DNA of 64,000 nucleotides from Amphiscolops sp. MND2022 (taxonomy: Eukaryota). Below the pieces are notes generated by a model. The model was not told the origin of the DNA and did not search any database. It saw only the letters and a list, made by a program, of their open reading frames with translations. Location: contig OZ076409.1 of assembly GCA_964187785.1 (NCBI GenBank), positions 75,828,001 to 75,892,000 on the forward strand, written 5' to 3'. Position numbers and translations under genes: made by a program. How positions within the stretch are numbered: the stretch's first letter is position 1; every line of letters starts with the position of its first letter. This document shows, one piece after another, positions 12,436 to 22,435 of this stretch.

Positions 12436-12540
12436 AAAATCCGGCTCATCAGAAGTTAGCTTGCGGCGTTATGCTGAAGGCCCTTCTGATGATGCTATGT
12501 CCCCCCTTTTTTAGTGGGTAACCTATGCCCAAATTTTTTT
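12436..12540 (+). ncRNA. Candidate structured RNA or regulatory core, copy A
   Basis: About 105 nt that read as identical in three places (12436, 12978, 55705) while the flanks differ. It contains the stem TCATCAGAAG/CTTCTGATGA with an inner TTAGC/GCTGA stem, then C6-T6 and GGGTAACCTATGCCC. Function is unknown. Confidence 0.4.
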
Positions 12541-12977
12541 CAAGCAAATTTTTCCAGCATTTTTGTTTTTTGAGAGTCTTAACCATAATAAGCAACTGAT
12601 ACATGTTTGTGAAATAATATTATTTTTTGAATTTGTTTTTTGTTGAAAGTTGTTTGTAGAATCTGAATTGTCTTTCCTTGTAAAAGTTATGGTATTATAT
12701 GAGTTTTTAACTGATGTTCTTGAGAATGAATTCGAGCAATAAAAGACTTGAAACCTCTTGTACTGTATGTTTGATGTATGTTTATTTTGTATTGAGAGTC
12801 AAGTAACAAAAGTCAAGTAGCGGAGACTATTACATCTGCGCATTGGTCGTACGGTCATTATTAATCATAAAATACGCTCATTGAGAAAATGCGTGATCAT
12901 CGTCGTTCAATTTCTACGTGTATTTATAATATCTACCTATATGTTACATTATAATAATTGGAGGTGATGGGTTTTAC

Positions 12978-13082
12978 AAAATCCGGCTCATCAGAAGTTA
13001 GCTTGCGGCGTTATGCTGAAGGCCCTTCTGATGATGCTATGTCCCCCCTTTTTTAGTGGGTAACCTATGCCCAAATTTTTTT
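12978..13082 (+). ncRNA. Candidate structured RNA or regulatory core, copy B
   Basis: Same sequence as 12436-12540. Confidence 0.4.
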
Positions 13083-13778
13083 CAAGCAAATTTTTCCAGC
13101 ATTTTTGTTTTTTGAGAGTCTTAACCATAATAAGCAACTGATACATGTTTGTGAAAGAATATTATTTTTTGAATTTGGTTTTTGTTGAAAGTTGTTAGTA
13201 TAATCAGACGTGTCTTTCATTGTAAAACCTTTGATATTATATGAGTTTGTACCTGATGTTCTTGAGATTGAATTCCACCAATAAAAGACTTGAAAACTCT
13301 TGTACTGTATGTTTGATGTATGTTTATTTTGTACTGAGAGTCAAGTAGCAAAAGTTGTTTCATCAGCACATCGGTTTCAAAGTGATGATCTGGTATCTGT
13401 TTTTACCACGAACGCGTGTATTCAATAATCTAACGTTTCTCATCGCTCCATAAGCAAAATGCTCTGACACTAATGTTTCTTCAAAATTCACGTAGGACGA
13501 ATTCGCACAATAAAGGAACTTAATATTATTAATTCTATTTTCGCCTTACAAACGGTGGCAGCGCAAATTTCGTTTACAAAGAACGTGTTTCACTAGTATC
13601 CATGTTACGCTCCGTACTTCCGATCTTTCAAGTTAAAAGCGTTGTGAAATGTTTTGGTTCCATGCGAAATGATACATGTTTCAAAATTCGAATTTATTTA
13701 ATTTTGCAATTCGTCGCTGGCCTAATATTCTAACTTGTTAATTTCATTGGAACAACTGAAACTTGCTGAATGTTAACG

Positions 13779-13802
13779 TCTTTGTTGTTTTCCAGGGTTA
13801 TG
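13779..13802 (+). promoter_or_regulatory. Candidate splice acceptor 4 nt upstream of the Rep-helicase ATG
   Basis: TCTTTGTTGTTTTCCAG|GGTT-ATG here and TTTCATATTTTCAG|GGAT-ATG at 56411-56431, with identical spacing in both elements. Confidence 0.6.
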
Positions 13803-16800
13803 GCTCCAAATAGACGTCGAGGACGTCCAAGAGGTAGCAATAATCGTAATTCCTGTGTTCAATGTAGAGTTTTTATATCACGTTCAGAAACTCTTTGCGG
13901 AGGTTGTGCACTTCAACAAGAGACACAGGAGATAGATGTCGCTTCGGATGTACCCGACAATGAATCAGCTCGCTCCTTACAACTAATTGTCCCTGTTATG
14001 TGTTCTTTATGTCAAGAAAATGAAGTTTCAGCAGATTCTCTTTGCCCTTTATGTTGTCCAATTACCTTGCCTAATATAACTTCTGCAGAGTGTCAAAAAT
14101 GCAGACGAATACCACCAACCGAACTCAATACAATTCGAATTCAGGAAATAAAACGAACAACTTTTGGATGTTTTGTTACTGGACGACCCGATGAAACTGT
14201 GAACATTTGTAATGAATGTGTTTTGTACTCGATACACAGTCAACGGCCAACATGGGCTGCAGCGTGGCCGAGTGTAATCCTTGATTTTCTCACAGGAAAG
14301 TATAACGGATCTGTAAACTGTAAACCGTTTCATAAAGTTTTACCAAGGAGCATTATGCAGCAATATCAACATCTTTTGCCGCAATCAACGTCTGGCAGTG
14401 AAGCAACTGTTTTCGATGATCTGACATCCAAATTAAATGACTTCAATGTATTGAGAGAAGGATTGTCGATTGAAGGAGTCAGAGAAGCACACAACAAGTA
14501 TTGCTTCCCAGAAGTAAGATGCCCATTTGGATGCACGGAGTTTGTAGGAGAAACTGGCCTGGTTCCTTTTCAGTATTTCTTGCAAAAGTTAGACACGCGG
14601 TTCAAATTTAACAGTATAAATTGGAAACACCAACTGAGATGTGTACGACCAGACTGGCTACTGCAATATATTCATAATGCCGACTTCATTATCAAGCCTC
14701 ATTTGTATTTTGACAGTGTTAAGGGCCTTTGTATTTCAACATGTCGATTTCACAATGGTGGTTCAAGCAAGCAGTATGTCCACCCTCCCGCGAATCCAAC
14801 TGGGAGACTTCCCTCGAAGTTTCCAGACCGCTTGGGCCCTGCAACTATTACTTACAACTGCTATAAACCGGCTAAACCAAACTTTTCGACGCACACATAT
14901 TCCATGGGTATAGCAAAAGGAAATTTTGGTGGTATCAGCTCAACTACAATTTCATGCAAGCGAAGGTGGGACGTCGCATTTGGTCCAGATGACGTTGCGA
15001 GAGAATCTTTGTGCAGTAATATGCGCAAAGATATAAAACCACATCTCCAAAAACTTGTTCAAAGACGTGAGTTGTCGCAAGAACTTTTCGATAGCATCAC
15101 CTCATGCAACACTGTCCTGAGTCCTCAAAGTATAACGAATTGCCTACAATACACTACATCTGTGTCCTTTCAACCGTCCTTGGCTGTCAAAGAAATACAA
15201 GAAAAAGGAGTCCAGATAGCATATTTCCCGTTATTCGCACACCCCTACGATGATTACGGCTGTCATCCATCAGATACAGCTATTAACAATACCCAACACC
15301 TGCATTTGTGGTGTTTTGTTATCATGTTTTCTTTGAGTTCCACCTTTCACCTCAAATTCAATCAATCTACGTCTAATGAAGAACCGCTTTTGAAAAAGTT
15401 GTTTTCATTAGTGCTGTGTTTCAAAAATAAAGTTGTTGACACAAAAAGAAAACAAGAGATAGATTCCTGTTTACAAAATTTGTCTGATGACATGAACATC
15501 GACTTCGTCCAAAAGTTGAGTTCCCTTCTAAACACCATTTCGTGTTGCAAAAACAATGACGTTAACGACAGACAGAATGTTGAAACTATTTTAATGTCGT
15601 CTAATAATGATGATATTGTCAGCTTTGTGAACAGCAATGAAAGAAGTAACCCTGATGTGTTTCTGCCAGATAGAGTAATCACACAAGATAGAGAGGCCAC
15701 ATATGAGCTCCGTTCTATCACTTTGTTGGAAGGAACCATTGCTAGAACGGTTGTCCGACACGGACATCATTTTGGTTGTTGGTGGATATATACAAGTAAT
15801 TCCAAAGTGCCAGTTAAAGTGGACGTAAACGACACAGCAACGATGGCAAAATTTCATTCAGCGTGGAACTCGTGTCATTATGAATTAATCGATTCTGAAA
15901 AAATACGTGAGTCTAAATATCAATATTTGGAACATCTTGGTGGACAAGGTAAATTCATTTGTGAAGACCACCAATGTCCACTAACAGTCGTCAATCGGAA
16001 GCTCTCAATCATGTGTAGTTTCATAGAACGTTGTCCTCGTAAAGCAGCATGGCTCTGTCCTGTGACTGATTGCAGATCCTCTGTTTGTCAGAAACACTTT
16101 AAAACAGAAATTCTCAGTGATGAGCGAATTTTCATTAGAGCTACTACCGCAGAAACAAACAGCCAAAGTTCAACAAGTAATATAACTTTGGAGTTGAATC
16201 AACCCGCTGATGATCATTCAGATGTATCGGATCCCGAATCGGAAACAGATGAATTCTCGTTTGTCAATTTTGCAACTGATTCCGGTCCAGTCAACGATGA
16301 TGATGGTTTGCATAATACCGATTCTGGAGATGCTCCTACAGTTTGTGATACATTCGATAAGAGTATACCTACCCACGTACTACTAAACTCTGACTGTCAT
16401 GTTCTACAAAGACACAGTCACAGGAATGAAAGAAGCAAAAACAATACAAGGTTCCTACAAAACATTGTTGCATCCTCGGTTGGTGAATCAGTGCCTTTAC
16501 TTTACCCAGACGCTGCACTTTTTCCAACTCACTTTTTTCACGAACAAAAAGACAGAACCATTACTGGCGCCCTTCCTGCCCCACTCTATAATCAAACGCA
16601 AAGCAAATTATTCAATTTCGCAGATATTGAGGAACACAAGAAAACCGCCCTGCTGAACCCTAATCTTCTACAATCGACAGACATCCGAAGTTTGCAAACA
16701 TCATTCGATGCAGTTTTCAACAAAAACCTTAGTTTTACTGACACCAGAATTGTTTTGAATCGCGGATTTCAAGAAGTGTCGGAGAAGAAGCAAAAATCGA

Positions 16801-19800
16801 TATCACCAGATAATACGAGACTTCAATTTGACAGTGCAGACTCCAGAGTTAGAGTAAATGAATTAGCTGCTCTTCTCTCGGAAGAACCTGCTACATTCTT
16901 CCTCACCTTGACGTGTAACCAGAAAGAACATTTTGGTGTAGCACCCCTGTTCGAAGCACTGGAAAGAAATTTCAATAGAAACAATAAAGAAGAATGGGAA
17001 AAGGCCGTGCAAGCAGAAATTGTTCTGTTCACACGAGCGTGGTATCGTTCAGCAAATGCAATTATGGAATACATTGAAAAATCTCCGGAGAAACCCTTGG
17101 GAACCGTCACGAAACTGTGGTATCGATTCGAATTCCAGTCTACCAAAGGAAATTTACCTCATATACATGCTGTCATTTGGACAAAAGAAAACCATGACGA
17201 ACTACAACACAAAGTGTCCTGCTCTGGCTCGTCGGCGTTATTTGAGTTGCACAAAATTGCCGCAGAAACAAATATGATACCAATAGAAGAAGTTTCTGAC
17301 ATTTGGCACTTATTGATGTCAGTACAGACACACTCCTGTGAAAAAGCCAACTACAGATGCCATAAAGTTATTAAAAACGATGGTTCTAGTCTTTGCAGGG
17401 TTCCTAGGTACCCTCATTCTAATAAGTACTCATGGCGAAAAGTTCCTTCATACCATTCGGACGAAGCACTGGAGAAACTTCATCACCTTGACCTGGCAGT
17501 ACCTTCTCGTAGTAGAGACCACACCTATGATGTTTGCTCGATACTTCAAGGCGGTAAATACGAGTACCCGGCTTCTTCGGATGAACACTTGTCACCATTC
17601 AATGTTCTTCTTTTTGTGCTGACAAAATCATCTCAAAATCTGCAACTTTGTGACGATTATCTGTCTGCCAGATATATTGCTAAATATGCAGCTGGCATTG
17701 AAGAACGAGCAGACGCTCGCGTGGATCCTGTTACATTCAGAGACATCAATGTTCATACGAAGGGAATCAGAAACATCAAACTTGCTGGAGTAAAACAACA
17801 AAATAAAGTTACAGACAAAAAGACTTTGGTTCAGATAATTCCCCTTGTGGAATCCATCTGGTGGTTATTGGGTTTCAATTATGTATACAGTTCGGTGAAA
17901 TTTATACATTTGTCAACCCATGAAAAAACTGAGAGATCCACAGTTTTGAAAAATAGACCTACAGCACAACCGTCTGCTTCATTACCGCTACATATAGTTA
18001 AAAATGCCACCTTGCCACCATTCCGACAATACACGCAATCACAGCTTTTATTATTCAGAGACTACCAATCAAGTGATTACGCCAGTTGCAAAATTTCAAT
18101 TTTTTGTGGTCGACCTCCTCCTCTGTTGTTCGTTGACAACCCACGTTTGTATTTCACATGGTTCGCACGATGTCACGTCAAGAAACCTGAGCTTAAAATT
18201 ACAACTGACGTGAACACTTCCTTTTGGATTGATTTGTTTGGTAATGCTGTATACTTGAGGAAGAATTATTTGAACGACTTCAATGAATATTTGCAAAGAG
18301 TAACATCTGAAGGTCATCCAAGTCTATACAAGTTCAACGCTGACACTTCAATGATTATGTTACAAAATGACAGAAGTGGGCTGAAAACAATAGATGACTC
18401 TTTAGTTCAAGTAGTAACATCGAACATCTTACCGTCCAATCCATTCAAATTCCTAGTACACTTCGTTCTATCGTATGGACACTTTGAAACTGAAACGGAA
18501 CTGTTCAACCAATCAAATTTCTTAGAAGTCCTCCAACATTCCAAACTTTTGCCCCAAAGAGATGCGTACAGTGATCAAGATGCCTACACATTGATTCGAA
18601 AGTATGTTTTATCCGAATTGAAATTTTTACCTGGCGCAAGTCGTTCCTTCGATCGTCATCTAATTGCAAGTTATGACCTCTTTACAAATCTTGTGCTGAG
18701 TAGAGATATTCAAAATTTCACACCGCCACTAGTTTTACATCGTGCTATATCGGAGGAAGAAGAGGTAAAGTACCAGTTGTTTAATTATGAAAAAAGAAAG
18801 AGATGTGTGCAAGGAAGTCTGTTGAATAATGCTCTGACGCCGCTGACATGTTATCAAGATCAGATTGTGAATGCAACACGACAGAATCCTTTCCAATACA
18901 CATGCAATTTCCCCCGAGCTGTAGGACAATCAGATGAGTCACTAGAATTTCAAAAAAGAGTTTTCAACAATTGTCTCATTAAGTTAGAAGAGTTCATTAA
19001 TGGAAGTCAAGGCTTTGTGAAACACCAATCCTTTTTAGGACGACCAGGAAGTGGAAAAACTCTCGTATGTACCATGCTCTTCATGCGAGCCATCGCCAAA
19101 GGACTCAATGGTTCAATCACATGCCTAAGTGGTGAACGCGCTCAACAACTTGGCGGTGAGCATGTTCACAAAATGTTCAAGTTTCGTGTCAATAGAAGTA
19201 AAGTACCCGAACACATGGCTAGCCAGAGTATCAATGCCCTTCTAAGAGACGTAACACGGTTCACCGATTTAGAACGTTTAGAAGTCCTCTTCATTGATGA
19301 AGTTGGGCAGTTGAACAGCGAACTACTTTGCGCAATGGAAATCGTACTGCAGCATGTGCGAGATAATAAACTGCCAATGGGTGGTGTGTTCACAATAATG
19401 AGTGGGGACCCCAAACAACTGAAGCCGCCTGATGGTTCTCTAGTTTGGTTGTCACCCAAATTACTCACTAACTATGACTTTCATTACTTCAGACATTACG
19501 TTCGAGCAATACCTGGTTTACTGCGTGAAGTTCTAACTCGACTTGACGAAACTGAAATTTCCGAGTCTGAAGCCACAGAAATAGCTGAAAGAATAACATC
19601 TGCATGTGTGATCAAGTCGTCCTGGAGCGACGAAACAGATACTTTTGCAATGCGCGTTTTCAGCACTCGAGCAGCTGAACAACAAGCTGTATTACTACAT
19701 TCCCAGAAAATTACCAATGATGTCAATTGCACTTGTGTCAAATTATCAGCTCAAGATGAAGAAAGTTCGACTGGTTCTTCCATTTGGCGTCAAGCATCTC

Positions 19801-20819
19801 CGCAAAATAGCAAATTCATAGATTACAACTCCATTACTCCCAATAGTGTTTTATTATATAAAGGTGCACTTTTGAGGTTTACCGCAAACATTGCGAATAT
19901 CCAAGCAAGACAAGGGCAACTATGTGTTACCCTAGAGACTCCAACTGAAATGACAAACACTTTAGACGTAATGATAGCACCTCCAGGCTGCAGAAAGGTA
20001 ACAACTTTCAATGAAATGCTCTTGGTCGCTTCCGGATGGCGGAGAGTCACTATTACTAAAACGTACACACCTGTTCTTACCAACAAAACTTGTTTTCTGA
20101 GACGTTTTACATTCCCCATAAAAAACTACGTCGCTTCTACCATTCACAAGTGCCTGGGTGACACTTTTCCAAAAATTGTAACAAAGATTTCACTCACAGA
20201 TCCCGATTATAAAATTTGGGAAAAGGAGCAGCTCTTGGTTCTTCTGAGTCGTGTCACTAAGTTAGACGAAATAACTTTCATTGGAAACAAAACAGATATA
20301 GAGACAACATTGTCGACAATAATCCAAAAAAAGAACTGCTGGACGGATTTCATTGATAACTTCTTATCAAAACTAACAACAGACAATCAATTACCTGGGA
20401 CATTGAATCTTCTCGCCAGCCACTTTTCACCTTGGAACATCATTTTGCCAGAAGATGAAGTCGGCTTTGTTTACTTGCTCATCAGTACAAAAATTGCAGG
20501 TGTATTTTTTATTGGCGAAACTGTTGGTCTGAGAAAATGTTTAAAAGCAATAAATAGTGGCTATGGTCCCGAGAAAACGCGACCCATCGAAAGAAGACCT
20601 TGGGGGTTGCTGGCCTTTGTGAGTGGCTTCACAACAGGAAATTTACTAACAAATGCAAGACAAAGAAAGTTTCTTGAAGCAACCTTGATTTATGAAACAT
20701 CCCTGCTCGGCCTCAATATTACAACAGAATCAATTTATCGTCTGTTTGAGAAAAGTGCCAAAAGCTTCGGAAAGATTAATCAACTACAGATGAGTGTAGT
20801 TCAATGTGGCCATGTATGA
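13800..20819 (+). CDS. Helitron-like Rep-helicase: Cys-rich zinc-binding N-terminus, HUH (Y2) Rep, PIF1-like SF1 helicase, C-terminal SLX1-like GIY-YIG domain
   Basis: Uninterrupted ORF (track 13770-20819). The ATG at 13800 is preferred because it follows a pyrimidine tract plus AG and aligns with the paralog's start. Rep motifs: FFLTLTCN, EFQSTKGNLPHIH (HUH), YIAKY. Helicase motifs: GRPGSGKT, FIDEVGQL, GDPKQLKPP, STIHKCLGDT, LLSRV. C-terminus: GFVYLLIS..FFIGET..NSGYG..TRP..RPW..V.GF. Confidence 0.9.
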   Translation: MAPNRRRGRPRGSNNRNSCVQCRVFISRSETLCGGCALQQETQEIDVASDVPDNESARSLQLIVPVMCSLCQENEVSADSLCPLCCPITLPNITSAECQKCRRIPPTELNTIRIQEIKRTTFGCFVTGRPDETVNICNECVLYSIHSQRPTWAAAWPSVILDFLTGKYNGSVNCKPFHKVLPRSIMQQYQHLLPQSTSGSEATVFDDLTSKLNDFNVLREGLSIEGVREAHNKYCFPEVRCPFGCTEFVGETGLVPFQYFLQKLDTRFKFNSINWKHQLRCVRPDWLLQYIHNADFIIKPHLYFDSVKGLCISTCRFHNGGSSKQYVHPPANPTGRLPSKFPDRLGPATITYNCYKPAKPNFSTHTYSMGIAKGNFGGISSTTISCKRRWDVAFGPDDVARESLCSNMRKDIKPHLQKLVQRRELSQELFDSITSCNTVLSPQSITNCLQYTTSVSFQPSLAVKEIQEKGVQIAYFPLFAHPYDDYGCHPSDTAINNTQHLHLWCFVIMFSLSSTFHLKFNQSTSNEEPLLKKLFSLVLCFKNKVVDTKRKQEIDSCLQNLSDDMNIDFVQKLSSLLNTISCCKNNDVNDRQNVETILMSSNNDDIVSFVNSNERSNPDVFLPDRVITQDREATYELRSITLLEGTIARTVVRHGHHFGCWWIYTSNSKVPVKVDVNDTATMAKFHSAWNSCHYELIDSEKIRESKYQYLEHLGGQGKFICEDHQCPLTVVNRKLSIMCSFIERCPRKAAWLCPVTDCRSSVCQKHFKTEILSDERIFIRATTAETNSQSSTSNITLELNQPADDHSDVSDPESETDEFSFVNFATDSGPVNDDDGLHNTDSGDAPTVCDTFDKSIPTHVLLNSDCHVLQRHSHRNERSKNNTRFLQNIVASSVGESVPLLYPDAALFPTHFFHEQKDRTITGALPAPLYNQTQSKLFNFADIEEHKKTALLNPNLLQSTDIRSLQTSFDAVFNKNLSFTDTRIVLNRGFQEVSEKKQKSISPDNTRLQFDSADSRVRVNELAALLSEEPATFFLTLTCNQKEHFGVAPLFEALERNFNRNNKEEWEKAVQAEIVLFTRAWYRSANAIMEYIEKSPEKPLGTVTKLWYRFEFQSTKGNLPHIHAVIWTKENHDELQHKVSCSGSSALFELHKIAAETNMIPIEEVSDIWHLLMSVQTHSCEKANYRCHKVIKNDGSSLCRVPRYPHSNKYSWRKVPSYHSDEALEKLHHLDLAVPSRSRDHTYDVCSILQGGKYEYPASSDEHLSPFNVLLFVLTKSSQNLQLCDDYLSARYIAKYAAGIEERADARVDPVTFRDINVHTKGIRNIKLAGVKQQNKVTDKKTLVQIIPLVESIWWLLGFNYVYSSVKFIHLSTHEKTERSTVLKNRPTAQPSASLPLHIVKNATLPPFRQYTQSQLLLFRDYQSSDYASCKISIFCGRPPPLLFVDNPRLYFTWFARCHVKKPELKITTDVNTSFWIDLFGNAVYLRKNYLNDFNEYLQRVTSEGHPSLYKFNADTSMIMLQNDRSGLKTIDDSLVQVVTSNILPSNPFKFLVHFVLSYGHFETETELFNQSNFLEVLQHSKLLPQRDAYSDQDAYTLIRKYVLSELKFLPGASRSFDRHLIASYDLFTNLVLSRDIQNFTPPLVLHRAISEEEEVKYQLFNYEKRKRCVQGSLLNNALTPLTCYQDQIVNATRQNPFQYTCNFPRAVGQSDESLEFQKRVFNNCLIKLEEFINGSQGFVKHQSFLGRPGSGKTLVCTMLFMRAIAKGLNGSITCLSGERAQQLGGEHVHKMFKFRVNRSKVPEHMASQSINALLRDVTRFTDLERLEVLFIDEVGQLNSELLCAMEIVLQHVRDNKLPMGGVFTIMSGDPKQLKPPDGSLVWLSPKLLTNYDFHYFRHYVRAIPGLLREVLTRLDETEISESEATEIAERITSACVIKSSWSDETDTFAMRVFSTRAAEQQAVLLHSQKITNDVNCTCVKLSAQDEESSTGSSIWRQASPQNSKFIDYNSITPNSVLLYKGALLRFTANIANIQARQGQLCVTLETPTEMTNTLDVMIAPPGCRKVTTFNEMLLVASGWRRVTITKTYTPVLTNKTCFLRRFTFPIKNYVASTIHKCLGDTFPKIVTKISLTDPDYKIWEKEQLLVLLSRVTKLDEITFIGNKTDIETTLSTIIQKKNCWTDFIDNFLSKLTTDNQLPGTLNLLASHFSPWNIILPEDEVGFVYLLISTKIAGVFFIGETVGLRKCLKAINSGYGPEKTRPIERRPWGLLAFVSGFTTGNLLTNARQRKFLEATLIYETSLLGLNITTESIYRLFEKSAKSFGKINQLQMSVVQCGHV

Positions 20820-20888
20820 GTGAATCTTTCCAACTTTATTAAAACACACTATGAACTAATGACTGTATACTATATGTTAAAGACTTAG

Positions 20889-20927
20889 GAGTTTGCCGGG
20901 ATTACGCAGTGATCCCAAGGCAAACTC
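20889..20927 (+). other. Conserved hairpin ~70 nt downstream of the Rep-helicase stop (element 1)
   Basis: GAGTTTGCC-GGGAT-TAC-GCA-GTG-ATCCC-AA-GGCAAACTC. A counterpart lies at 63482-63512. Confidence 0.7.
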
Positions 20928-21513
20928 TACTTGAAAATTTAAAATGTTAATTGTTGCATCATCATTATATAACGTTTGTTGAGCCTATCTTTGCTGTTGC
21001 CATTGTCATAATATTCTGCTTTGTAAATTATATTATTAACCTGTCAACCTTTGCAATGAATTGAAATACAAAAAAAAATGGAATTCCAAATTCATCAAAT
21101 CCGATTGGAATCCAAATAAAGAAAATGATCGAAATGAGAGAGTAAAATATTGCACTTCAAACTTTTTTCAACAATCCAACAAGAAAGCATGAGAGAGAAA
21201 GAACCTTTTGATAAAATACATGTCTAAATAAATGAAACTCTTTTTATCCATGGTTTTTCTCTTACACGTGTGTATATTTCTGGAAATTTAACGGGAAAAA
21301 ACAAAAAAAATAAGGTTGTGGACATTTATTTCATGACAAAAGTTTTTTGATTTAGAAAATGCGTGCATATTTTTGATTTATCCGTGCAGATGATACGTAT
21401 GACGAAAGATAATATGTTCGAGTTAAACATACAAGCATAACCTGATTCATCAGATAACAAACTAACCATTTTTTTCAATTTTTCAGATCTTCTGATCCAT
21501 CTAACTCTGCAAG

Positions 21514-22435
21514 ATGCCAATTATCAATAAAAACTTGTCCCTGGCGGAAGCAGCTGCGAGAACAACCGGAAAGTTGACAGCAATTGATTTAGATGACATC
21601 CAAGAAGGAGCTAACACTGATCGGCGATATTTACTGTGTACAATTTTGCATGCCAAAAAGTGTTCGAAAGCTGTAACATTTTTCAAGATGACACATGGTC
21701 AGAAAAACAAGCAAGAAACGACTTTCAACAGATTCGTTCTACTTGGAGTTCTCGGAAAAGACAAAGTAGTGGCTGTCTTCACGTACACTCAAGTGGAGAG
21801 TGTTGAATTGCTTAGATTTTGCAGCAATTTAACTCCTGGAAGTGCGTGCGCCATGATACGTCCAAAATTTGATCACAAGTTTATGGGTTCAGTCTCAACG
21901 ACCCCTATACTAAACACAGCTGAACCTCTGGTACCGCTGATAATGAAGACTTACCCCCCTGTCGCTTGCCCCCTCAACGTTTCAACCCCTGATTTTCTTC
22001 ATTTCAACATTGTAACTAAATCATTGGTGTTGTCAAACGTGGACGCTGTGTCTCTAGTTTGTAACGGCTTGTTCTGTGACGGCCAACCGAAAACCGAATG
22101 CCCCTGCTTGGAAGTCGACAATAGAAAGTCCAGCTGGGTTTTAACTGCAGACGTTGCTTGCCAAGAAATTTGTCACAGAGCGAAAATACGATCCAAAAAT
22201 TTGATAACACTCTTCGCACCAAAATGTAAATCAGCGGATCCCGACAAATCTGATTTCGATGTGCTCACACTGTCTGACTGCGTCGATAATTGTGTGACTA
22301 AAGTCAATTCTGCTAACGGATGGCTTCTTTTTGGGTGGATGAAACCTACAGAAACATCTTTGGAGGCGACTAACTATGACTTGGAAGTCCACATAGTCTC
22401 GATTCGACCCTTTGCAGAAAGCGACGTAGATGAAG
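21514..22435 (+). CDS. ORF2 exon 1: accessory protein of unknown function with a Cys cluster (CNGLFCDG..CPC); possibly an OB-fold/RPA-like ssDNA-binding protein
   Basis: 308-codon ORF (21514-22440) whose N-terminus MPIINKNLS recurs in element 2 as MPIINKDLS. A candidate donor G|GTTAGA at 22435/22436 lies just before the in-frame TAG. The product call is inference only. Confidence 0.75.

Larger units (their letters stand above)
12287..13355 (+). repeat. Tandem duplication of a ~540 bp non-coding module upstream of the Rep-helicase gene
   Basis: TATTACATCTGCGCATTGGTCGTACGGTC occurs at 12287 and 12828. Both copies run to GAGAGTCAAGTA. A single homologous copy lies at ~55551-56072 in element 2. 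Confidence 0.9.

Noticed and set aside
12436..12500. CTGATGA as a hammerhead ribozyme core or C/D snoRNA box
   Set aside because: The motif is one arm of a perfect stem. I could not build stem II with a conserved GAAA on either strand, and the terminal C and D boxes are not in the expected order.
13770..13799. Upstream ATG at 13770 as the Rep-helicase start
   Set aside because: It lies just upstream of the pyrimidine tract of a likely acceptor and has no counterpart in element 2, whose ORF starts at the position equivalent to 13800.
14049..20147. Short alternative-frame and antisense ORFs inside the Rep-helicase genes (also 56983-63342)
   Set aside because: They are shadows of long coding sequence with no motifs and no evident independent conservation.
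20817..20930. 3' hairpin as a SECIS element
   Set aside because: It lacks the AUGA/GA quartet and apical AA. There is no internal TGA in the ORF, and the paralog ends in TAG.
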